A DNA stretch of 61,228 bases, filler included, from Thelocarpon superellum (taxonomy: Eukaryota): the NCBI GenBank assembly GCA_026025795.1. It is 5 parts of 5 records of this genome, joined end to end, with 100 filler letters (N's around TTAATTAATTAA, not from the genome) between each part and the next. Parts side by side here need not be neighbours in the genome. Positions count along the whole stretch, not along the records: positions 49,223 to 61,228 come from JAPEUG010000493.1; 4 more parts are not named here. One strand, 5' to 3'. The notes beneath the pieces are model-generated. The model was not told the origin of the DNA. It saw only the letters and a program-made list of their open reading frames with translations, and made no database searches. The first letter of the stretch is position 1. The number at the start of each line of letters is the position of its first letter. The position numbers and the translations under genes are program-made. Below, one piece after another: positions 51,057 through 61,228 of the stretch.

Positions 51057-51928
51057 GGTGGAGCAGGGTAGAGCGGAGCGGAGCGGAGCGGGAGGAGAGG
51101 AATCGAGCATCCGCCTCCGCATGTTCTCGTCAACGTGTACTATCACCATCAATCATATCTTCCCGCGACCAGAGATGCCCCTTGCCCGCAATGTGCATGA
51201 CGTATAGCAGGTGAAGATGGCCAACGCAAGATGGTCGATGGAAGAGGGAGATTGGAAGGAATGAAAGACGACATCTGACGGCCCATGTTACGCCAATATG
51301 TCCTGCTCCGCTCCGCAGGTCGATACCGCCACGTGAAGACTTGGTACACGCTCCCTTTTCTTTTCTCCGTCCCCTGGACCGGAATAGTAGGAGACATGGG
51401 AAGTGCTGAGATGGTGCATGCAATTCATCGAGCGAAGACCGGGGGGGCCTGTTGCGTTCACCCGTAATGCTGTATCAGATAGGTGTCAAAATTGTATCGT
51501 ATCGTAGGAATGCAATCGCTTTTTCATATTCTGATACCTGATTATGATTTCTTTCAAGTGTTTTTCTTAATCTACCTCATCGTCTATCATCCGACCAAGC
51601 CACCCTTACCATCACTACCACCGACCGCCGATACGACTACGCCATCAGCATCAGGACAACGACGCTACAAACATCGCAGGATCAGACGCCAGCGCTTCAT
51701 TACGCTTTTCCATTCATCTCTGCTCGACACGCCACGGCTACGCCTGTTCTCTCTATTGAATGACTGGACTGTAGCTCAAAGAAGAGCACCAAAAATGCAA
51801 GGGGGCGCGTGGACGGAGATGGTTGGGGGAAAGATGGACGGGGCGGTGGAGAGAGCGCGTGCGGAGAGTGGACAGGGGTGAAAAGTATGAGGAAAGAGGG
51901 AGAAGGAGGAAACCGAAGGAGTCTACCG

Positions 51929-53257
51929 CTAGCCATATCGTCGCCGGATGCTGCCACGGCCACTGCCAATGACACGGCTGCCGCGACCGTTGGACGGGCC
52001 GAGGTTGACGCGTACACCGTTGTCGTCGTCTTCGCGGTGAAGCTCGTCCATGTCATCGTCATCGTCGTCGTCGTCATGATGATGGTGATGGTGATGGTCA
52101 TGGCCATGGTCATGATAGTCGTGTTCATCTTCCGAGGTCGTGACTGCTTCGCTCTCGCTCTCGCTCTCGCTCTCGGTGTCGGTCAGAGCCGCTTGGCGTC
52201 GCGCGATGGAGGGGTCCGAGATGCTCGTCGAAAGTCTCTCGCGGGACGATGTCGTGCCAACGGGCCGGCGGCGAACGGAGCCGTACCGACGTTCGATGGG
52301 TCCGGGAACGAGGCGACGGTCTTCGGCGAGTGAGGAGACCGGCGGCGACGCGGGGTCGTATACCTGGTATTGAAACGGATCTGTGGCGGACGATGGGTGC
52401 GCGGCCGAAGTGGCGCGGGCACGTGGAGCCCATCCAGGCTCGTGGGGCAGCGGCGCGCGTCGCACGGGCGACGGCGGCCGACCGGTCCGGTTGGAGCCCT
52501 CGGGGAGCGAGACATACCGAGCCTGCTCGGGGCGAGCAGAACGTGGTGGTGACGAGCGGCGGGGTCGCCGCTGGTACGCCGACGTGGACCGGGACGAGGA
52601 GAGTTCGACCGCGGGGACGAGCTCCGTGCCAGAGCCCGCCCGCGAGTGCCGACGCCGTCGACGAGGGCCGGCGACGGTGACGGGAGGGCCCGTCGTCTCC
52701 GGCCGTAAACGCGGTCGTCGGAGCCGGTGGTCCGCACCATCGCTGGAGCCACTGTCAGGCTCGGTCGGTGGTTCCGGTCGATCGGCCGCGGGCTGCCGGC
52801 GCAGCAGCGCGTCGTATTCGGCCTGCGACAGCGTGACGTTCGGCTGTCCCTTGGCTCTGGCGCGATGCATCCGGGCCACCGCCGCCTGCGCCAGCGACTC
52901 CTCCTTGTCGCGGAGCGCCACCTGCATCGGATCGCGACGGCCACGCGCCGGAGGAGGCTCGTCCTCGGCGGAGGAGGTCGACCTGCCGTCGCTGAGCCGT
53001 CGCCGGTCGCGCGCGGCAGGGCTTAGATCGACGCCAGTAAAGCGCAGTTCGTCGCTGGAGAATCGATGAGGATGAATGTAGTTGTCCAATAGCACGCCTT
53101 CCTCTCCCACGCCCTCCCCCTCCCCCTCGGGCTCCGTCTCCACCTCCTCGAAGCGCCGCTGCGCCTCCCACCGCCGCCGCTCCTCTCGTTCCCGCGCCCG
53201 TTCGTCCCGCCGCCACCCCGAACGGCGCGCCCCCGGTGGTCTTCCCCAGAAGGGCAT
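51929..53257 (-). CDS. Hypothetical low-complexity protein with a helical patch and a His/Asp-rich tail
   Basis: 442-aa ATG-initiated ORF; MQVALRDKEESLAQAAVARMHRARAKGQPNVTLSQAEYDALL; DPFQYQ; start could be internal Met 52927. Confidence 0.65.
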   Translation of the reverse strand: MPFWGRPPGARRSGWRRDERAREREERRRWEAQRRFEEVETEPEGEGEGVGEEGVLLDNYIHPHRFSSDELRFTGVDLSPAARDRRRLSDGRSTSSAEDEPPPARGRRDPMQVALRDKEESLAQAAVARMHRARAKGQPNVTLSQAEYDALLRRQPAADRPEPPTEPDSGSSDGADHRLRRPRLRPETTGPPVTVAGPRRRRRHSRAGSGTELVPAVELSSSRSTSAYQRRPRRSSPPRSARPEQARYVSLPEGSNRTGRPPSPVRRAPLPHEPGWAPRARATSAAHPSSATDPFQYQVYDPASPPVSSLAEDRRLVPGPIERRYGSVRRRPVGTTSSRERLSTSISDPSIARRQAALTDTESESESESEAVTTSEDEHDYHDHGHDHHHHHHHDDDDDDDDMDELHREDDDNGVRVNLGPSNGRGSRVIGSGRGSIRRRYG

Positions 53258-53283
53258 CCCGTATGGAGTTCGCGGCCGACCAC

Positions 53284-53814
53284 CTAGACCGCCTCCTCGG
53301 AAAAAGCATTCTCAATCGGTCGATCCATCAGCGAGGCATGTCCCAGGATGCTCACGCCACTGGCGCCGATGAGCCAGAGCGCCGTGGCAAAGGGCGAGGC
53401 AAAAAAGCCCAGCGGGACGGCGATGATGAGCAGGCCGGTGTAGAGCTGGGAGGAGGTGGCGCGGATGATGCCAATGTCCAGATCCTGCCCTTGCAGCCGC
53501 CCGATGCCGTACATGCCCCCGATGACCAGGAGGAGGACAAAGAGTAGCGTCCGATTGGTGAGGAGGCTGTAGATGCTCAACATGATGAAGACGACGGCAT
53601 AGTTGCTCGAGAAGTAGCCCAGATTGTAGTTGACCCGCGTCTGGACCTCGGAGAAGTTGGCCGGCTTCGACAGCCGCTTCAGGTCCAGAAACTCCGAGAT
53701 GGGCCGGAGGTTGGCGAAGCGTGCGGTGAGGGACTGCGTGCGGATGCCCTCGAATCGGCCCGACAGGTTGAGCCGCGACGTCAACGCGTCGAGCGGGATC
53801 TGAATGCGTGCCAT
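53284..53814 (-). CDS. YIP3: PRA1-family prenylated Rab acceptor (COPII vesicle protein), intronless
   Basis: LRPISEFLD--RLSKP, RVNYNLGYFSSNY, two hydrophobic hairpins, LGHASLM. Confidence 0.93.
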   Translation of the reverse strand: MARIQIPLDALTSRLNLSGRFEGIRTQSLTARFANLRPISEFLDLKRLSKPANFSEVQTRVNYNLGYFSSNYAVVFIMLSIYSLLTNRTLLFVLLLVIGGMYGIGRLQGQDLDIGIIRATSSQLYTGLLIIAVPLGFFASPFATALWLIGASGVSILGHASLMDRPIENAFSEEAV

Positions 53815-54701
53815 GATGGTCGGACGAGAGGCACGCAGCGGATTCGATGAAGAGGGCGACTGAGGACCGCGGGTGGCGATGAGGTGGGAACAGATCTGTG
53901 GATGATGATGGCAGATGAAGACAGCGGTCGAACGGTCAGGCTGAAAAGGTCCGCTTTTCAGGGAGACGCGCCACGAACACCCTGGTCACTTCAGGGAGGC
54001 GGAGGGTCTAGCGCGAACGACACCGTGCCAAGACCATCCACATGCACCACGCACCCTTGTGCGACCGGTCGGCAAGTCGATCGGGCAGCGATGATCAGTC
54101 CAGCCTTGATGAGACAGATGTCCGTCACGGCGCACCGCGCACAAATGACCCTCGACGTGGGACGAAGGCTGGGCAGGACCGCACGGGGCGGAGGGGACCC
54201 CGAGCGAGGTACCGGCGGTGGTGCCACGTATTCCAAAGGACCGATGCAGAGGTACTACCGCGGTGAGACGTGAAGGTTCATGCACGACTTGGCCGGCGTT
54301 GGCCACCGTTGACCACCGTTGACCACTGCTCACTTGGCCGCCGTTCGCGGACGTGCCTGGTGCTCGGGGCGAGGGGATGACTCAGCGGGTGCCTAATGGC
54401 GAGCCGCACGGGGAGGTGTCCCGGAGACGAGGGCCCTTTACTAGTGCTCCAGGGGGCCCCTGGACCTACCACGGGAGTACGGTAGAAAGACTCTCGCCGC
54501 TTGACGTGGTCCCGAGGGGACAGAGGATACTACGGCAGGGCACCACTATCGTAGGGCACCACGGTACGACGACCATCCCTCGAGAACAGGTCATGCATGT
54601 CAGATTACTATGGACAGCACGCTGGCCGCGCTCGGGGTGACGGGGGGGGGGCCTCGGTCGCCGCGAGGAAGGATGTACCGGCACGACGCCGACGAGATCC
54701 A

Positions 54702-56688
54702 TCACGCCGTCGCAAACTGGGCGGACGGGTCGTGCGGAATCGGGACCAGCGTGCTGGGGACGACGGCGCCCGGCGCCGAGTACCCGCCCAGGCTGGATGC
54801 CGCGGCAAAAGCTTCGAGCCAGAAACGGCAGGTCTGATTGGTGTTCTGGTCATCGTTGATCAAGGAGAAGCCCAGGTTCCCCACGTTGAGCACGTTGCCA
54901 AGCTGGTCCGAGGACGTCGTGGCTTCCGGCCAGTCGATCGTGGCGACGTCGCCCCAGCCGCCGCGGGCGGCGTTGGGGTCGCCGTAGATGGCGTGCGAGG
55001 TCAGGTACGACTGGTACGCGGCAGCGAGGGGCCCGAAGCCCGGGACGAGGGGATAGGCGACCTGCGACCCAAAGTCCGTGGGGTTGGTGAGGTAAATGTC
55101 GTAGAAGAGCGGCAACAGGTCCGACGCGTGCAGCGCCTGGTCGAGCAGACCCACGGAGTATTGCATGTTCCACGCCCGGCCGCTGTACGCGTTGGCGAGA
55201 TAGCGCGTGTTGCAGGTGAAGGAGACGTCCCGCACGAGGGCCTTGGTGCGGTCATCCGTCGACGCGTACCGCGAGGCCGGGTAGCGCTGCTCGATGATGG
55301 CGTTGAGGCCGCTCGGGGCGGTGTAGTTGGGAAAGGCGTCGTTGATGTATTCGTCAAACTGCTGCGAGTTGGTGATGTGTCCGTCCACAAAGATCTCCGC
55401 CTCGTCCGACACGTGCGAGATCACGATGGACTCGAGACCCTTCCAGTAGTTGCCCGTCGCGAGCTCGAGCGTGGGGCACTGCCGGATGAACTTGCCGTCG
55501 GGCGCGGGACCGACGGCGAAGCCGCCGTCAAAGGAGTCGGCGTTCAGCTCCGTGTTGGCCGTGGTGAGCGTGTCCTCGGCGGCGGCGCGCAAGCACGCCA
55601 GGCCCTGCCCGGCGCAGTTGGCCTTGGCCGCAAAGGCGTCAAAGGTCTCCTCGAGCGAGCCCCGACGGTCGAAGAAGACCTCGTACGCCGGGCTCTGCAC
55701 GAAGGCGCGCTGGAAAAGGGGGTCCTGGGTCCCGCCCATCTGCACGAGGTGGTGCATGATCGAGCTCGCCCCGGCCGACTCGCCCCACGCGCTGACCTGC
55801 GTGGGGTCGCCCCCTAGGAGGTGGATGTTGTCCTGCACCCATTGGAGCACCATGCGCTGGTCGTGCAGGCCGGCGTTGGGCAGGCCGCCCTCCTCCATCG
55901 TCTGGCCCGCGAGGAAGCCAAAGGCGCCCAGCTGGTGACGCGCGGGTCAGCAAGGATGTCGGCGGGGGGACAGGCGCAGCGTGGACGGGACGTACCCGGT
56001 AGTTTCCCGCCACAAAAATCATTTCCTCCTTGGATTGTCGCAGGAGGCCGGAGCCATCGTAGAAACCGGGGATAGGCTCGAGAGCATCCTTGGACCCAAA
56101 GACATAGGCCCCGCCGTAGAACCAGACCACGACGGGAAGCTTGCTGTTCTGCGGGTCTTGGAGGGCCTTGGCGGGCACGTAGACGTCGAGGAAGAGGCAG
56201 TCCTCGGACCCGCCGGTGAAGATGGGGATCGGGATGCCGCCAAGGAATTGGTTGGCGGCCGCGCCAATGGCCGAGCCGGCGCCCGGGCCCACCAAATTGA
56301 GGCCCTTGACGGGCGTCTGGTGACAGATGGGGCCGTAGCTGCCGTCCGAGACGGCGGAGTCGTAGTCGGGCGCCTTGGGCGCCTCCCAGCGCAGGTCTCC
56401 GACGGGGGGCTGGCCAAAGCGGATATTCTTGAACGTGTAGATCTGGAGCGCGTCAGTGGGAAGTGGAGCACGGGTGGTGGGCCAACGAGGCTGAGAAGGG
56501 GCACAAACATCACGCTGTAGGGCCAGATTGGCTCGCCATCGGCCCGACGAGGTGGTCAGGATGGGGTGGTCGGTCCCTTGCTCCATGCTCACGCCGAGCG
56601 GGACCTGGCCGGGGGCAGTGGCCGGGGCCGCCTCCAGGGTGGCGGCGAGCGCCCCAAGAACGACCAAGGTCCTCACGAGGTGAAACAT
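54702..56688 (-). CDS. Secreted type-B carboxylesterase/lipase; exons 56688-56509, 56442-55996, 55931-54702
   Basis: Signal peptide; FKNIRF--PPVGDLRW, SEDCLFLDVYVP, WFYGGAY, NYR|LGAFGFL, nucleophile GESAG, catalytic His in ALHASDL. Confidence 0.93.
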
Positions 56689-56774
56689 GATGCACGTCGA
56701 AAGAGAGCACGGACGTCAACGAGGGTCCAGAGGTGCGTGGCCACCCGGGGGAACCGACCGCTTCCTCCCTCATC

Positions 56775-56780
56775 TTTATA
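56775..56780 (-). promoter_or_regulatory. TATA box candidate of carboxylesterase
   Basis: TATAAA on the minus strand about 87 nt upstream of ATG 56688, in GC-rich context. Confidence 0.5.
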
Positions 56781-59112
56781 TCATCCGGGTCCCCGGCCCC
56801 GTCACAAGTGTGGGGTGAGCGACAGCCGGCGAGCGACGAGCCCATCCCGGAGGCGAGCCGTCCTCTGCCTCCACGATGGCCGGCGCGCGACCTCGGGGAT
56901 CGTGGCACCATGCTCGTTGCGGCGGGAGCGTTGGGCGAGGGAGTCACTCGTCTCCGGGTCTGGCAGCAGCGGGGTGCATCAGGACGAGCGCCAACGCCGA
57001 ACGAGCCAAGATGGGTGGTGGGCCATGAGGTGGTGTCGTGTGCGTCCCCACAACTGCCTCATCGGGTTATGCGCCGGCTGGCACCCCACGACGACGTGCC
57101 TCAACACGTCCGGCTCGTGGAGCGTGCCATGGGTGCCGTCCACGGGGCCGGTGAGGGTCGGGCCAAGGGCAGGTCCAAGCCGGCACGAAGTCCGGGGATC
57201 CGGGGATCCACCAGACAGAGCGATCGGGTGGTCGTCGACGAAGGGAGGGGTCGTAGAGATGTCAAGGCGCGCACGATGAGAGGAGGTCACACGCCGCGAG
57301 CCGACGTGCGGACAACCTTCGCTCCCACATGCATCTCCAACGGCCTCCTGCCATCGAGGGTGTTCTGTGATTGTACGTGGGAGGGTCTACGATGGGTCCA
57401 AATCTACAAGCCAATCTCTGTGCGTGTCCGATGGTGCGAGGCGATGAACCCTGTTGGACAGTGATGGTAGACGCTGTGAAGCGACGGGCTAGGGAATGAT
57501 GGACAATCAGAAGTCAGGTCGCTACGCTTGGGTTTCGTTCGTCACTCGACCGCTTTCCCAGCGAGGTCAGTACCACGGAGGCGTGGCAATACTTGAGGAG
57601 CCAGAAAAGCCAGAATGGTCAGAGACGGTTGAGAACCCGAAGCAGAGTCAAGAGCCATAGTTGGTCCGGCCAGGAGTTCCAGTGACCGTAAACGATGCAA
57701 TGTCGCCGTTGAGAGTCCGAGGGTCGTGGGACCGGCTCATGGCAAGGCCCACGAGCAGTTCGCCCTGAAACGTCTCGCATGTACCCATCTGCTTTCTTTC
57801 CTCCCGCGCGATTCGATTGTAGCCCTTCAGGCGAGGATGAATGCAAGGGAGGCGGGCATCACTTGTCGATAGTGTCGAGTGAAGACCGCCGGATCGCAGG
57901 CTTGGTTCTGAGGCTGAGAGAGACGAGGGAGGGGAGAACACTTCGCGGAGAACACTTCGTGAATACGCATCGCAGTCTCGGCGGAAAGACGGCAAAGCAG
58001 AGCCGTGCACTGTCGGTTGGACGAGCTGTGAGGCCGGCAGGTAAGCGGCTCGCAACGAATGAGGCCGAGGCTGTGGTCGAATTCTGGGCCACCTTGTGCA
58101 CGTCTCGCTAGGAGGGATGGCCACGGGCCCGCCCACCTGAGCGAGGGGGGCGCCGCGATCGGCAGGCCGGTTCTGCCCCGCATGATCCGGGAGGTGACGG
58201 GGCGCTAAACGGTGGGGTGGAAACGCCACCAGACGCCCCGCCCCCGCACGATGCGACATCGCGACGGGCATGCTTCCGGATATGTCCATCTGTTTACGGC
58301 AGTCGCGCCGGGACCCCAGGTTCCGGCACATGCTTCGTGCCGTTGCCCGTTGCGATCTGGGGAAACGGTGACGCCGCCGCCGCCCGGCCGCTGTCGTCAT
58401 GACCGTGGGCGGTACATCGACCGTGGCCCACTCCCGGCCGGCGGCACGGGCGGCGCGACCGACGCAGCTTGGTATCTGCCCCGCGCTGTGGCCTCTCCCA
58501 CCACCCTCACATATGGTCTACTCTCGGCGGGGCGGAACACCTCAACGGGTGGCGCATGAGATCACCGACATGGCACTGTGAAGGGTCTCGACGCTGGATG
58601 CATTACAACGCCACAGTCACATCATCTTGTGTACGGGAGCATTGGCGCCAGATCTCCGGCGATGCTCCGATGTGCACTGTGGGAACTGGCGCTCGGACGT
58701 GTTCTACACGCGCCAATGTTTGCGTGGCGTAAGCCAGATCCAGCCACGCTTTACTTCTTCTCCGGACGATCCGTCATCATGTCGCAATCGTGCACCGTCC
58801 GCCCGTGAGGGATGCCCATCGAGCACGACCGGAGGGGAGGCGAACCTGAGGGTTGCTGGCGCCGAAGTGAGTGGGAGAAGCGGCACCGCTTGATCCCGGT
58901 CAGAAGCGTCGTGTGCGAGGGGTGTGGTACTACCGGCGGAAGCTTCAGCCTAGGGGAAAACCTGCGAGCAGCGGCTTCCGCACGGATGGACCCTTGTTCG
59001 AGAAGACGTGATGGAGGCTTGGGTCGACAAGTCGCGCTGGTCAACGGTGAGAGGCTCGGTCTTGTCGCGAACGGTGACGGCCGAGTCTCGGGAGGGAGGA
59101 AGGAGGTCCCCT

Positions 59113-61228
59113 TTACGACACATCCTCCATGTCCGAGTCGTCGTTGTCGTCGTCGTCGTCGTCGTCTTCGTCGCGGCGGGAAAAGGCCAGCTCGAAGCCG
59201 TTGGAGAGCATCGACTCCGTCGTCCATCCGCCTGGGTCCGCTCCATCCACGGCGGTCTTGCGGAGCGTGGGCACCGGGAAGGAGAGCGGGACGCTCTGAT
59301 GGGTGCACGGGGAGAAGAGCGGGGCGGCGGAGGTAAAGCCCCAGCGACCCGCCGCCCCATCGTCGGCGGCGCCAGACGCATCCCGCGCCATGGCGAGCAT
59401 CGAGCGCGCGCGAGGATCGCCAAAGGGCGCCCGCGGCTGAGGCGGTAAAGAGATAAGGATGAGACCCTTGGCACGGCGGACGACGGCGAGGCCGAGGCGT
59501 TGCGCATGAAAGTGGAAGACGTCGAGGGCGTAGTCGGCAAAGACATCGCAGGCCCGGATCTCGGTGAGGGCCTCGACGCCCTGGACCAGGGCGGCCGGCG
59601 CCTCCGTGGCGCCAGGGTCGAGGAGGCGGACGATGGTCGCGCCCAGGACGATGTGCGGGACGATGAAAGGCACGCGCCGAAAGGTATACAGGCTGCGATA
59701 GGTGCTCAGGACGCTGGAAATGCTGGACGCGGCCTCGGCGCAGGCGACGCGCGGGGAGATGGTGGAGTGGCGGATGTTGAAGCTGAGAAAGGGCCGGAAC
59801 AGCAAGAGGATGCTGAGATGGTAGTACATACTGCGCCCCGGGTCAGCGCGACACGGGGCCGACGCGAACCTGGACGCACTCACTGCACCGTCAACACGGA
59901 CGGGGTGGAGTTTTCGCCCAATCGGAGTGCCTCGGGGAGCGCGCCGTGCCATTCGAGCCGCCGCGTGTAGTGACGGACCAGCTCTCGCCCCGTGACCGGC
60001 TGGTCGGACGCGTAGAGGGCGAAGAGGGTCTCATTGATGAGTTCGGAGAGCTGGCAGAGGCAGATCTGCACCGAGCGCACGTGGCTGCGCTGCTGGAAGC
60101 CCGACTGCGGCTGCTCCCCCTCCCCGACGTAGGGCGTCCAGAGCTCGTGCTCCCGCTCGGCCACGAGAAAGGGCTTCCGCACGCCGATCGCGGCCCGCAC
60201 GACTTGCGGCAAGCGGCCGGCCCACAGTGACCACGCGCTAGCAAGCTCGTCAGCCAACGGGGCGGGGGGGGGGAGAGCGGCGGGGTGACGGACTGGTGAA
60301 GGTTGAAGCACCCCCAGAAAGTGACGGACCGCGCGTCGAGCTCGATCGCGGACGGCGTGCCAGGCGCCGTCGTGCCACCCGAGAGATGCAGGCCAAGTTC
60401 AAGCGCCATGCCCATGCTCCGGATGGAGAACAAGTAGCCGGCGCCATCACGCCCACAGCTGGCCTCGCGGATCGACATCAGCCCCAGCGCTTGCACGGTG
60501 GTCAGCGTGGGCTGGAACTCCTGGGTCAACAGGCGTCGGGCCTCGCGGAAGAAGTGGTCGCCCGTCGTCGCCCCGTACGCCGCATCTGCCCTCGCTTCTG
60601 GACGATCCGAGAAGCGACAGCCAAGCGCGAGGATGGCGTTCACAAGGAGCGCGCTGCAGTACTTCGTGCCGCCCTGGGCGAGATCGTGCATGAAGTGCTC
60701 CTTGGACAGCGTGGAGAAGATGGGATACTCCCAGCAAAAGTACAGCCCGAGGAGGTGATCGATCAACACCCGATCCTCGGTGACGCTCGTCCATGAGGTC
60801 GTCGCGTGACGTCGGTTCACGGGCTCCCACAACGAGCTCTGGTCGTCGCCGGCCGCCTCGGCCAGATAGGACCGCAGCGGCGACATCCCGGAGCCTCCTC
60901 CCGACGGGTCCGGAGGCGTCGCGCTCGGCGTCGTGTCGATCGGGGGGGCACTTCGCGACTCGGTGGATGCGTGTCGCTCCGAGGTGCTGGCGTGGGGGTC
61001 CATCTCCCGGCTCAAGCCGGATGGCAGGCTCCGAGCGTACGGACTATCGACAGGCCTCGTGCTCGGCGACCGCGACACGCTCGGAGAGACGGAGGTCGTC
61101 TCTAGGCCTGGGCGCTCCGACGGCTCCGCGTCGATGAGGCGGCGTGCGACGGACTCCGCGTTCTCGCCCTGGCGCAGGCGGTGGAGAATGTCATCGCCGC
61201 CACGCTCCGCGGTCAGCGCCCCAATCAC
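59113..61228 (-). CDS. Fungal-specific transcription factor (NirA-like middle homology region), 5' part outside the window; exons >61228-60294, 60237-59884, 59830-59113
   Basis: WT-VT, HLLGLYFCWEYP, YCSALLVNAILALGC, TTVQALGLMSIREASCG, TFWGCF, WSL--GRLPQ, HMYYH--ILLLFRPF; acidic C-terminus; Zn2Cys6 cluster not in view. Confidence 0.88.

Noticed and set aside
56800..59100. Several 150-250 aa ORFs between the esterase and the transcription factor
   Set aside because: R/P/G-rich products expected from GC-rich non-coding DNA; no family signal
54702..61228. Carboxylesterase plus transcription factor as a secondary-metabolite cluster
   Set aside because: No backbone enzyme or transporter on the contig; genes on other contigs cannot be linked

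Overview
Eukaryotic, fungal DNA (filamentous ascomycete, Pezizomycotina-like: short GT-AG introns with CTRAC/CTAAY branch points, fungal-specific families). It is not one locus. It is five unrelated contigs of 12332, 12321, 12091, 12078 and 12006 bp, in decreasing size order, joined by artificial 100-bp spacers (44 N + TTAATTAATTAA + 44 N). I reconstructed about 24 protein-coding loci by hand, most of them spliced, plus one tRNA-Ser(AGA). Most are housekeeping: histone H1, MBF1, NADP-isocitrate dehydrogenase, C1-THF synthase, Ppn1, uL1, Ubp16-like, phosphoglucomutase, Rex2, Pre10, Yip3. Several are secreted: EthD-like, GMC oxidoreductase, CFEM, carboxylesterase, a Cys-rich orphan and an M35-like protein. 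No CRISPR, rRNA, transposase or biosynthetic cluster is supported, and I cannot demonstrate a new multi-gene system. Best leads: a possible dicistronic YIP3 locus (26-nt gap), an apparently catalytically dead M35-like secreted protein, a signal-peptide-bearing EthD protein, a repeated cis-module flanking histone H1, an SRPK-like kinase fragment with a (DDED)n expansion, a frameshifted LDH, and two GC-AG introns with the same donor. Family assignments come from motif recognition, not database searches.
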